NCBI GenBank assembly: GCA_046153355.1
Contig: JBJXEY010000388.1
Location: 9,342-73,341, forward strand
Direction of reading: 5' to 3'
From: Burkholderiales bacterium
GTDB lineage: Bacteria > Pseudomonadota > Gammaproteobacteria > Burkholderiales > SG8-39
Length of the DNA: 64,000 nt
This document shows positions 18,851 to 27,573 of this stretch, in pieces; position 1 is the first letter of the stretch; every line of letters begins with the position of its first letter. The notes beneath the pieces are model-generated. The model was given only the letters and a program-made list of their open reading frames with translations, did not search any database and was not told where the DNA came from. The translations under genes were made by a program, and so were the position numbers.

Positions 18851-20419
18851 TTACCAGCGCCCGATCAATGCGGAGCCGGGCTTGCGGCGTGCTTCGAAGC
18901 GTTCATTGACGCTATCGTCGTCCATCGCCACGCGATTCTTGCGTTGACGCATCCATTGGAAGATGCGTTCCTTCATTTCCGCACGCACGGTGGCATGCGC
19001 GGCGTCGCTGCCCAGGTCGCGCAATTCCTGCGGATCGTTCTCCAGATCGAACAGTTGCGGACCGTAGCCGTCGAAATGCACGTACTTCCAGCGCGGAGTA
19101 CGCACCATCACCGCGCGACAATCGTTGACGCCGCGCCCGAGGATGTCGCGCGCGACATAGGTGGCGTAATCCAGTTCGCTGAACGCGGCCTCGCGCCCGA
19201 CCGGCTTGCCGTGGCGCACGCGCGGCAGCAGTGAACGCCCCTCCAGAATATGCATCGGCGCATCAAAACCCAGGGCCTCGATGAAGGTGGGCACCAGGTC
19301 AATCGATTCGACCAGGTCGTCGGATACCACGCCGCGCGGCGCTGCGTCATCCGGATCGACCACGATCATCGGCACGCGTGCCGATTGCTCGTAGAACATC
19401 TCCTTTTCCCCAAGCCAGTGATCACCGAGGAAATCGCCATGATCGGCGGTGAGCACAATCAGCGTGTCGCTCATGCGGCCGCTCGCCTCCATGTGCCGGA
19501 ACAGCCGGCCAAGATGATCGTCGATCTGTTTTACCAGCCCCATGTAGGTCGGAATGACGGCTTTTCGAACTTCCTCGCGCGCGAACGACTGGCTGTCCTG
19601 GTGTTTCATAAACGCGCCGTACACCGGGTTGGCGTCGCGCCGCTCCTCCTCGCTTTTGACTGCGGGAATGATGTCGCCCTCGCCGAACATGGCATGGTAG
19701 GGGGCGGGGGCGATGTAGGGCCAATGCGGCTTGATGAAAGAAAGATGCAGACACCATGGCTTGTCGCCCTGCTCCGTCATGAAAGCCATGGCCTGATCGG
19801 TGCAGAAAGCTGTCTCGGTGTGTTCTTCCTTTGCGCGCGCCGCATGAGGCGCATTGCGCATGTTCCACCCGGAGAGCACCTCGCCATTCGGGCCTTCGCC
19901 GGAATTGGCGTAGTCGTGCCAGGGGTTGGTGCCGGGATAGCCCATGCGGTTGAGATAACGGTTGTAGGTTTCCTCGGGACTTCCGTCGGCCTTGAAATAA
20001 ATGCCGTCGTCGCGGGCATAAGGCTCGAACCCGCATTCGCTCACCAAAAGTCCATCGCCATCCTTGTGCGACAACCCCAGTCTGGCCATGCCTTCTTCAT
20101 CGGGTTTCATGTGGGTCTTGCCGATCAGCGCGGTGCGCACGCCGTGCGGGCGCAGGTAATCGCCAAGCGTGCGTTCCCCCACCGGCAGCGGCACGAAATT
20201 CCAGGTGGCGCCGTGGCTCATGCTGTAACGGCCGGTGTAGGTGGACATGCGCGACGGCCCGCAGACCGGCGCCTGCACGTAGGCGCGGGTGAAGCGGGTG
20301 CCGCGCGCGGCGAGGGTGTCGATATGCGGCGTTTTAAGATGAGGATGCCCGTAACAGGACAGATAATCCGCGCGCAACTGATCGCACATGATGAAAAGAA
20401 CGTTCTTCGCTTTTGCCAT
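18851..20419 (-). CDS. Formylglycine-type arylsulfatase/phosphonate monoester hydrolase family
   Basis: DQLR, CGPSR (CxPxR), GKTH, KPHWP and ADHGD motifs; cytoplasmic. Confidence 0.88.
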   Translation of the reverse strand: MAKAKNVLFIMCDQLRADYLSCYGHPHLKTPHIDTLAARGTRFTRAYVQAPVCGPSRMSTYTGRYSMSHGATWNFVPLPVGERTLGDYLRPHGVRTALIGKTHMKPDEEGMARLGLSHKDGDGLLVSECGFEPYARDDGIYFKADGSPEETYNRYLNRMGYPGTNPWHDYANSGEGPNGEVLSGWNMRNAPHAARAKEEHTETAFCTDQAMAFMTEQGDKPWCLHLSFIKPHWPYIAPAPYHAMFGEGDIIPAVKSEEERRDANPVYGAFMKHQDSQSFAREEVRKAVIPTYMGLVKQIDDHLGRLFRHMEASGRMSDTLIVLTADHGDFLGDHWLGEKEMFYEQSARVPMIVVDPDDAAPRGVVSDDLVESIDLVPTFIEALGFDAPMHILEGRSLLPRVRHGKPVGREAAFSELDYATYVARDILGRGVNDCRAVMVRTPRWKYVHFDGYGPQLFDLENDPQELRDLGSDAAHATVRAEMKERIFQWMRQRKNRVAMDDDSVNERFEARRKPGSALIGRW

Positions 20420-20492
20420 TGCTTGCCTTGCCTTGTCTTGTCTTTAAGAATTCGATTTTTCTGCGGCGCGATTGTTGCACCGAATTTCCCGC

Positions 20493-21461
20493 CTATTCAG
20501 CCTTGATGTTGTTGTCGCGTATCACCTTGCCCCATTTGGCCAATTCGACGCGCGTGATCGTCGCGAGTTCTTCGGGCGAACCGCCAACGGCGCTGAACCC
20601 GACCGAGGCCAGCCTTTCGATGACATCGGGGCGGCGCAGCGCACTGACGACATCGGTATTGATTTTCCGGATCACCTCGGGCGGCGTGCCCGCCCGTGAC
20701 AGCATGGCGTTCCAGGAACTGCCGGTGGCCTCGGGAACGCCGGCTTCGGCGATGGTCGGCACATCCGGCAACAGCGAAACGCGGCGCGGGCCCAGGATGG
20801 CCAGCACCTTCAATTTGCCCGATCGAACCTGGCTGATCACCCCGGGCAGGCTGTCGATGAACATCTGGATGCTGCCTCCCATCAGGTCGTTGACCGCCTG
20901 CGATGTCCCCTTGTAGGAAACAAAATTGAGGTCCATGCCGATGCGCGCATTGACCAGCAGCGACGACACATAAGGCAACCCGGCATTGCCGGTGGCGGCA
21001 TAGGAGAAGGTACCCGGCTTTTGTCTGGCAAGTACCGCGAATTCCTGCAACGTCTTCGCCGGCATCGTCGTGCTCACGGCGTAGGCGATTTCCGACGCCG
21101 CCAACTGCGAGATAGGAGCGAAATCCTTCAACACATCGAAGGGCAATTTTTCGTAGAGCGCCGGCACAAAGGTCAGAATGGTCGCCGGCACCACCAAGAG
21201 CGAGTACCCATCGGCTGGCACGCGCAACAACTGCTCGGTGGCAATGATACTGCTCGCGCCGGGACGGTTCTCGATCACCACGGGCTGCCCCCAACTCGCC
21301 TGCAGGCGCTCTCCGATGGTTCGCGCAATGATGTCAATGCCGCCACCCGGGGGAAAGCCGACGAGGATGCGCGCCGGTTTCACCGGGTATTGCGCATGGG
21401 TCGCAGCGCAAACCCCGACGAACAAAGCGATTGCGATCACACGAATTATCTTTTTTCTCAT
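20493..21461 (-). CDS. Bug/TctC substrate-binding protein
   Basis: Signal peptide; FPPGGGID and ENRPGA motifs. Confidence 0.93.
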   Translation of the reverse strand: MRKKIIRVIAIALFVGVCAATHAQYPVKPARILVGFPPGGGIDIIARTIGERLQASWGQPVVIENRPGASSIIATEQLLRVPADGYSLLVVPATILTFVPALYEKLPFDVLKDFAPISQLAASEIAYAVSTTMPAKTLQEFAVLARQKPGTFSYAATGNAGLPYVSSLLVNARIGMDLNFVSYKGTSQAVNDLMGGSIQMFIDSLPGVISQVRSGKLKVLAILGPRRVSLLPDVPTIAEAGVPEATGSSWNAMLSRAGTPPEVIRKINTDVVSALRRPDVIERLASVGFSAVGGSPEELATITRVELAKWGKVIRDNNIKAE

Positions 21462-21503
21462 AGCGTCATTGCCTTTTGGGCGACCTCCGTCTGTCGAGAA
21501 TAA

Positions 21504-22529
21504 TTATTGAAGCTTAATATTCGCTGCCCTGGCAACCTTGCCCCAACGCTCGATCTCGGTTGCGATCAGCCTGCCGAATTCCTCGGGTGAACCGCGAGCG
21601 GTGTCGGCGCCAAGTTTGCCAAACGCCTGCCTGACGTCGCCTTGCTCCAGCACCTTCGCGAGATTGCCGTTGATGTGCATGACAATGTCTCGCGGTGTGC
21701 CTGCTTTGGCCGCAAGGCCCTGCCAATCGCGCACCACGAAATCGGGATAGCCTGACTCGGCCATGGTGGGCACATCCTTCAAGGCGGCCAGCCGCTGCGG
21801 GCCGGTCACCGCCAGGGCGCGAAGTTTGCCGCCGCTGATCTGCGGAATGAGCGGCGGCGTGGCGCCAAACATGAACTGGTGGCGTCCGGCGACAAGGTCG
21901 CTGATGGCCTGGGGAAACTGCGCATAGGGCACATGCAAGGCGTCGGTTTTGGTTTCCATCTTGAACAGCTCCCCTGCCAGTTGCGCAGGGGTGCCCGGCC
22001 CGCCGGAGGCGAAGCTGAACTTACCCGGTTGCACGCGCAGCAACTCGGCCAGTTCGCGCGGCGTATTGGCATTCACCGAGGGATGCACCGCCAGCACGTT
22101 GTACGACCATGCAAACTGCCCCACCGGGGTGAAATCCTTGACCAGGTTGTAATTGATGTCGGCCATGATGGTCTGCACCACCGTCATCGGCATGTAGACA
22201 TTCATCAGGGTGTAGCCATCCGATGGCTGGCGCAATACCTCCTGCGAACCCACGGTGCCGCCGGCGCCGACGCGATTCTCGACCAGGACCGGTTGGCCCA
22301 GCTGACCGGTAAGCTTGTCCGCCACCACGCGCGAGAGGATGTCAATGGGCGTGCCCACCGCGGTGCCGACCACAATCTTCAGCGGCTTTGAAGGATAGGA
22401 CTGCGCCATCGCCGAGGAAATCAACGCAATGCACAATGTCGATGCCACCGACGCCAGAAATGGTCTGCTGCGCAGCCGGCCTGCCTGCTTTTCGAACCCT
22501 GCTGCCACTGCTTTTTCCACGCATTTCAT
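21504..22529 (-). CDS. Bug/TctC substrate-binding protein
   Basis: AQSYPSKP, ENRVGAGG and HVPY; start chosen by RBS spacing. Confidence 0.9.
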   Translation of the reverse strand: MKCVEKAVAAGFEKQAGRLRSRPFLASVASTLCIALISSAMAQSYPSKPLKIVVGTAVGTPIDILSRVVADKLTGQLGQPVLVENRVGAGGTVGSQEVLRQPSDGYTLMNVYMPMTVVQTIMADINYNLVKDFTPVGQFAWSYNVLAVHPSVNANTPRELAELLRVQPGKFSFASGGPGTPAQLAGELFKMETKTDALHVPYAQFPQAISDLVAGRHQFMFGATPPLIPQISGGKLRALAVTGPQRLAALKDVPTMAESGYPDFVVRDWQGLAAKAGTPRDIVMHINGNLAKVLEQGDVRQAFGKLGADTARGSPEEFGRLIATEIERWGKVARAANIKLQ

Positions 22530-22684
22530 GACCATTACCCCTTTCATTTTTGAACAGTATCGCGTTCTATCGGCAGAACAATCTAATAACATCTCTTGTC
22601 CGGTTCATATCCAAAATGATACGCATGGTTTAGGCTGGCCGGCGCTTGCATTCAAACCCGCGACCGATCAATTTGCGTTATGGA

Positions 22685-23671
22685 TCACTCCGGTTTCAGG
22701 CCGCTGGCCTTGACGATGCGCAGATACCTTTCATAGTCGCCACGAATTCGACGCGTGATTTCCTCAACCGTACCGCCAACTGGATCCAACCCCTGCGCCG
22801 CGAGTTTTTCACGCACATCCGGTTTTCGCAATACGGCATTGAACACCGTATTCAAATTCGTAACAATGTTTTTGGGTGTTCTCGCTGGCACTGCGAGTCC
22901 GAACCAGCTCGCCAGTTCCACCCCTGGAACACCGGCTTCCGCGAATGTCGGGATATCCGGCAACTGCGGCGAGCGGCGCGAACCGATGGTGGCAAGCATT
23001 TTGAATTTGCCGGTCTTCATGTGCGGCCCGACCGCCGGGTAACCCGACAAGACCATCTGAACCCGCCCTGCCAGCATGTCGGTGACGCCCTGACCAATCG
23101 ATTTGTAGGGCACATGAAGGATATCCAAACCGGCCTCCAGCTTCAACGATTCCATACCGAGGAAATGGATCGCCTGGTAGCCGGGACTGATGTAGACCAG
23201 CTTTCCAGGGCGCGCCTTGACGAAGTCGATGAACTCGCGAAGCGAATTCACCGGCATCGATTCGCTGTTCACCGTAAGCAGAAAGGGCAGGTCGACAAGC
23301 TGGATGACCTGTTCGAAATCCTCGAAAAATTTGTAAGGCCGCGGCACATTCATCGCTTCGCCCAGCACATTGGGATTGCCCGACATCAAGAGCGTGTGCC
23401 CATCCGGCGCCGCGCGACTCACCAGCGCGGCCGCGATGGTGGCGTTTCCTCCAGGCCGATTTTCCACCACGATGGCACCCAACGCCTCCTTGGCCCCATC
23501 GGCGACGATGCGGGCGAGCACATCGGTCGCACCAGCGCCGCCGGTGACGACCAGCAACAGCGGCCGGGACGGAAAGGTCTGCGCGGCAACCGGCGCCAGC
23601 CCCATACACCACCCGAGCAGCGCGAGCAGAAGCACGTTCTTGAGCGTCAATCGTCGAATCGCTTCGATCAT
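22685..23671 (-). CDS. Bug/TctC substrate-binding protein
   Basis: Signal peptide; GAGATD, ENRPGG and HVPYK; 4-bp overlap with the upstream dioxygenase. Confidence 0.92.
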   Translation of the reverse strand: MIEAIRRLTLKNVLLLALLGWCMGLAPVAAQTFPSRPLLLVVTGGAGATDVLARIVADGAKEALGAIVVENRPGGNATIAAALVSRAAPDGHTLLMSGNPNVLGEAMNVPRPYKFFEDFEQVIQLVDLPFLLTVNSESMPVNSLREFIDFVKARPGKLVYISPGYQAIHFLGMESLKLEAGLDILHVPYKSIGQGVTDMLAGRVQMVLSGYPAVGPHMKTGKFKMLATIGSRRSPQLPDIPTFAEAGVPGVELASWFGLAVPARTPKNIVTNLNTVFNAVLRKPDVREKLAAQGLDPVGGTVEEITRRIRGDYERYLRIVKASGLKPE

Positions 23672-24627
23672 GAGGTCGCCAGAACCATGCCATAACCGAT
23701 GCCATATTCGAGCGTCGGTGAGTAAATGTTTTTCACCGGCAACTTCCCCCCGGCGGCGGCATGCGCGGCTGCCGCGGCAATCCAGGTATGCACTTCGAGA
23801 AAACCAACACCCGCGCGTGCAACCATGGTATCCGGTTCCCAGGCATCCACCTTCGCAAGGCTTCCGGTCATGACGTCGCCGAGAAATTCCCGGTCGATTT
23901 TTTCGTTCAGGCGGATGTCGGCAGGCGTGCGGCGCCCGTCGGTGAGCATCACCGCGCCTTCCTCATGCATGCGGCGCAAGCGCGAAAACCAGATGTCCGC
24001 AGTCATGCCGCTGCCCGCCTCGCCATGCATCTGCCAGGTGCTTACATCGGGCTCGGCCTCACCCAACAAGGGATAGTAGCGGGTCGGATGATGTGAAAGT
24101 CCACCAGAACCGATGATCAGCGTGCGCCGGCCGCTCATCCGAACGTAGCGGCCGACCGCGGCGCCGAAATGGCGCGAACGCGCAAACGGCAGGAAGGGCG
24201 GCGACAGCGCCCCGATGAACACGGGAATGGTCGGATAACGATCCAGGCCGCCAAGCAACCGTTGCAACGGTTGCGAAAAACCGTGGTCGATGCACATGTC
24301 GCGGGACACCGCCGGATCAAAACCCTCCTGCCGCACGCGCCCGATCAGCTGCAGCGCATTTTCCGCCGGCACCTGCAGTGTGCCGGGAAAACCCCCGACG
24401 TCATCGACCGCCCAGGCTTCAAGCCCAACACAGTAGGCCGGCATCAACGAGTAATGAAAACCGGCAAAGTGGTCCGTACCAAAGACAATGACCTGCTCCG
24501 GCTCGTAGTCTTCAATAGCGCGCCGACATTCCTCGTAAAAAGCCAGAATCTTCGGTTCATCCGCCGGTGGTTTGGCGCGGATCATGATGATCGGCGAATG
24601 CGAAACGCAGACGAGCATCGGGCTCAT
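23668..24627 (-). CDS. mhpB: LigB/MhpB-family extradiol ring-cleavage dioxygenase
   Basis: SHSP, DHFAGF, IDHGFSQP, GSGGLSHHP and EVHTW motifs. Confidence 0.75.
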   Translation of the reverse strand: MSPMLVCVSHSPIIMIRAKPPADEPKILAFYEECRRAIEDYEPEQVIVFGTDHFAGFHYSLMPAYCVGLEAWAVDDVGGFPGTLQVPAENALQLIGRVRQEGFDPAVSRDMCIDHGFSQPLQRLLGGLDRYPTIPVFIGALSPPFLPFARSRHFGAAVGRYVRMSGRRTLIIGSGGLSHHPTRYYPLLGEAEPDVSTWQMHGEAGSGMTADIWFSRLRRMHEEGAVMLTDGRRTPADIRLNEKIDREFLGDVMTGSLAKVDAWEPDTMVARAGVGFLEVHTWIAAAAAHAAAGGKLPVKNIYSPTLEYGIGYGMVLATS

Positions 24628-24695
24628 ATCGCGGCGCGCAAAAACATTGCGCTCATGTTGGGCGAACAAACATCAGTTTGTCTCGGGCAGTATCG

Positions 24696-25652
24696 CTAGG
24701 GCCGGTTGACCACGGTATTGGACAAGGTGCCGATCTTCTCCATGGTGATCGAGACCGGCCCGCCAAGCTTGTGGAGATCCACGTTCTGCACCGCGCCGCC
24801 GGCTGCCGATTTTTTCAGCGCAGTGCCCAAGGCGACAATATCGCCCGGCCAAAGTGTGACGTAGCGCGACAGAAACGCCAGTACCTCCGGGGTTTTGAAA
24901 AACAGATTCTCAGTGCTGTCCTCGGTCACCAGTCTGCCCTGATGGTGGCATTGCACGTTCAGGCGATGCGGTTCGGCAATCTCGTCGCGGGTAACAATCC
25001 AAGGGCCAAGACAACTGAAGGTGTCGGCGCCCTTATATCGGCCAGGGTAGCTCGTCCAGGTGTCCACATATTCGATCTCGAGCCCAGCGCCACCCTTGGG
25101 ATGAATCGAGCGGTAATGAAAAGTATCCTCCACACGCATGCTGGGCGAGGTGATGTCGTTCAGTATGGTGTAGCCAAACACATAGTCATAGGCCCGCTCC
25201 GCGGTGATGTCTTTGGCCTCTTTGCCAATGATCACGGCAAGCTCCGGTTCGGGATGCACGCGCCCGTACTCGGGGCGGCACACAATGGCGCCGTTATGCC
25301 CGATCAAGCTGCTGGCGGGTTTGATGAACATCGCGGGGGTTTTCGGGCCGCTCATGATGCGCTCGGCATTGGCGCTGTTGTTGAGCGCGAGGCAGCAAAG
25401 CTTCGAGGGACGGCGCACTGGCGGCTGCCATTCGATCTCGCCCACCGCGTAACGCTTGTTGCCACTCGCGGCCAGCGCTGCACGCAGAAGGGAAAGGCCT
25501 GCGTCGCCCATTTCGATTACTTCAACCATATTTCGCGGCGCCGCATTGGGCGGCGAGGCCGCCGTCAGCGCATCGGTAAGATCGATGAGGTGCGCGCCAT
25601 CGGCGGCCCCAATGCGGTCGCGCCCTTCTGCCCGAAAACTTGCCAGCTTCAT
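24696..25652 (-). CDS. Fumarylacetoacetate hydrolase family protein
   Basis: MKLASF start; FIKP, EPELAVIIG, NDIT, KGADTF and PGDIVALGT motifs. Confidence 0.88.
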   Translation of the reverse strand: MKLASFRAEGRDRIGAADGAHLIDLTDALTAASPPNAAPRNMVEVIEMGDAGLSLLRAALAASGNKRYAVGEIEWQPPVRRPSKLCCLALNNSANAERIMSGPKTPAMFIKPASSLIGHNGAIVCRPEYGRVHPEPELAVIIGKEAKDITAERAYDYVFGYTILNDITSPSMRVEDTFHYRSIHPKGGAGLEIEYVDTWTSYPGRYKGADTFSCLGPWIVTRDEIAEPHRLNVQCHHQGRLVTEDSTENLFFKTPEVLAFLSRYVTLWPGDIVALGTALKKSAAGGAVQNVDLHKLGGPVSITMEKIGTLSNTVVNRP

Positions 25653-25888
25653 GTTCCGTCGCTCCGTTTCGCAAATAAATTGCATTCGTTGAAAAAAACG
25701 GCTTGGGCCGTCGGCAGGCAAATATTAGTCGCTTACGTCAAGGTTAATCCATGGTCTCCAGATCGACACGCAGGCGCGAGCGCGCGATCAGCGTTGACGC
25801 TGATTCCCTCTAAGATGGGGGAGTTACGAGGGGGCGTAGCCCCTTTGTTCAGTGTTTCCCTGAACTAGAGCCGCGTTCGCCCATCCGC

Positions 25889-26866
25889 CTACTCGGCCTT
25901 GATGTTGTTATCGCGGATGACCTTGCCCCACTTGGCGAGATCGGCCCTGATCACCGCGGCCAAATCATCGGGGCTACTCCCAATGGCAGAAAAACCGACA
26001 TTGCCCAATCGCTCGATCACCTCGGGGCGACGCAGCGCCTCCACCACATCGGCGTTGACCTTGCGGATAACCTCCTCAGGTGTCCCGGAACGCGTCACCA
26101 TGGCGTTCCAGGATTGGCCCGTGGCATCGGGCACGCCCGCTTCCGCGATAGTGGGTACATTGGGCAACGCCGGCGCGCGTTTCGCGCCGAGCGTTGCCAA
26201 TACCTTGAGTTTGCCGGTTTTGACATGCCCGATGACACCGGGCAGGGTGTCGACGAACAGGTGAATACTGCCACCCAACAGATCGTTCAGGGCCTGCGGC
26301 ACGCCCTTGTAGGAGACGAAGGTGAGATTCATGCCGGTGCGCTGGTTGACGATGAGCGAGGCCACGTAGGGTAGACCCGCGTTGCCCGTCGCGGCATAGG
26401 ACACGGCGCCCGGTTTTTGTTTGGCGAAGGCCACGAATTCGGCGAGGGTGTTCGCCGGCAACGAAGCGCTCACCACATAGGCCACCTCAGAGCCCGCGAG
26501 CTGCGACACCGGAGCGAAATCCTTCAACACATCAAAGGAAAGTTTTTCATACAGCGCCGGCGCAAAGGTGAGCACCGTGGAAGGTGTCACCATCAAGGTG
26601 TAGCCGTCGGCTGCCGCGCGCGCCAATTGCTCGCCGGCAATGATGCCGCTCGCGCCGGGCCGGTTTTCCACCACTACCGGCTGCCCCCAGGTGGCCTGCA
26701 TGCGTTCGGCGAGTGTGCGGGAAATAATGTCGATGCCGCCGCCTGGTGGAAAGCCAACGACGATACGCACGGATTTGGCGGGGTATTGCGCGTGACACAT
26801 CGCCATGGGCAGTAGCATTGATGCCGCAAGCAGTAGCGAGCCGAAATGCCTTTGATAACTCGACAT
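25889..26866 (-). CDS. Bug/TctC substrate-binding protein
   Basis: Close paralog of 20493..21461 with the same C-terminus KWGKVIRDNNIKAE. Confidence 0.93.
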   Translation of the reverse strand: MSSYQRHFGSLLLAASMLLPMAMCHAQYPAKSVRIVVGFPPGGGIDIISRTLAERMQATWGQPVVVENRPGASGIIAGEQLARAAADGYTLMVTPSTVLTFAPALYEKLSFDVLKDFAPVSQLAGSEVAYVVSASLPANTLAEFVAFAKQKPGAVSYAATGNAGLPYVASLIVNQRTGMNLTFVSYKGVPQALNDLLGGSIHLFVDTLPGVIGHVKTGKLKVLATLGAKRAPALPNVPTIAEAGVPDATGQSWNAMVTRSGTPEEVIRKVNADVVEALRRPEVIERLGNVGFSAIGSSPDDLAAVIRADLAKWGKVIRDNNIKAE

Positions 26867-26896
26867 GATTAGTGCCCTCTCGGGAAGTGGATGGAA

Positions 26897-27529
26897 TCAG
26901 AAGTAGATCCAGGGGCGGCGCAAGCGATCCGCCTTCTGGAATGCCTCGATTCTATCCGCCATGGAAAGTGTCATGGCGATTTCATCGAGCCCTTCAAGCA
27001 GCATTTTCTTTCTCAATGGATCGAAATCAAAGGCGATTGATTCGCCGGCCATATCGACCACCGTCTGCGCGGCCAGATCGACTCGAAGGCGCGCGCGATC
27101 GGCGTTGGCGAGGATGGCCCCTCCCAGCCGCTCCACGGTTTCCCATGGCAGGCGGATCACCGGAATGCCGTTCTGCAGGCAGTTGCCCGCGAAAATCTCC
27201 CCAAACGAAGGCGCGATCACGCAGCGAATACCCATGCCCTCGATCGCACGTACCGCGGGTTCGCGTGAACTGCCGCAACCGAAATTCGGCCCACCGAGGA
27301 GAATTTGCGCACCGCGGAAAGGCTCGTGATTAAAAATGCAATCCGGATTCTCCACGCCGCGCGGCGCGCCATTGTCCACCGACAAATAACGAATGGTCTC
27401 AAAGGCATAAAACCCCAGCTCCTCGCGCTTGGCGTAGACACAGCGCTCGGCGCGGATGATGAGATCGGTGTCGATATTGGCCTCGAGGTAAGGCACCGCG
27501 ATGGCATCGAGCTTGGTGAAGGGGCGCAT
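26897..27529 (-). CDS. leuD: Isopropylmalate dehydratase-like small subunit
   Basis: NIDTDLII, NFGCGSSRE, SFGEIF and LLEGLDEI motifs. Confidence 0.85.
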   Translation of the reverse strand: MRPFTKLDAIAVPYLEANIDTDLIIRAERCVYAKREELGFYAFETIRYLSVDNGAPRGVENPDCIFNHEPFRGAQILLGGPNFGCGSSREPAVRAIEGMGIRCVIAPSFGEIFAGNCLQNGIPVIRLPWETVERLGGAILANADRARLRVDLAAQTVVDMAGESIAFDFDPLRKKMLLEGLDEIAMTLSMADRIEAFQKADRLRRPWIYF

Positions 27530-27573
27530 ACAAATAATCCGGGTCAGAGCGAAATTTCGTGGCGCATGGTGGC

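Noticed and set aside
25817-25846. GGGGC-GTA-GCCCC hairpin resembling a REP or terminator
   Set aside because: Single short copy whose T-run is on the strand opposite to the flanking genes; insufficient support.
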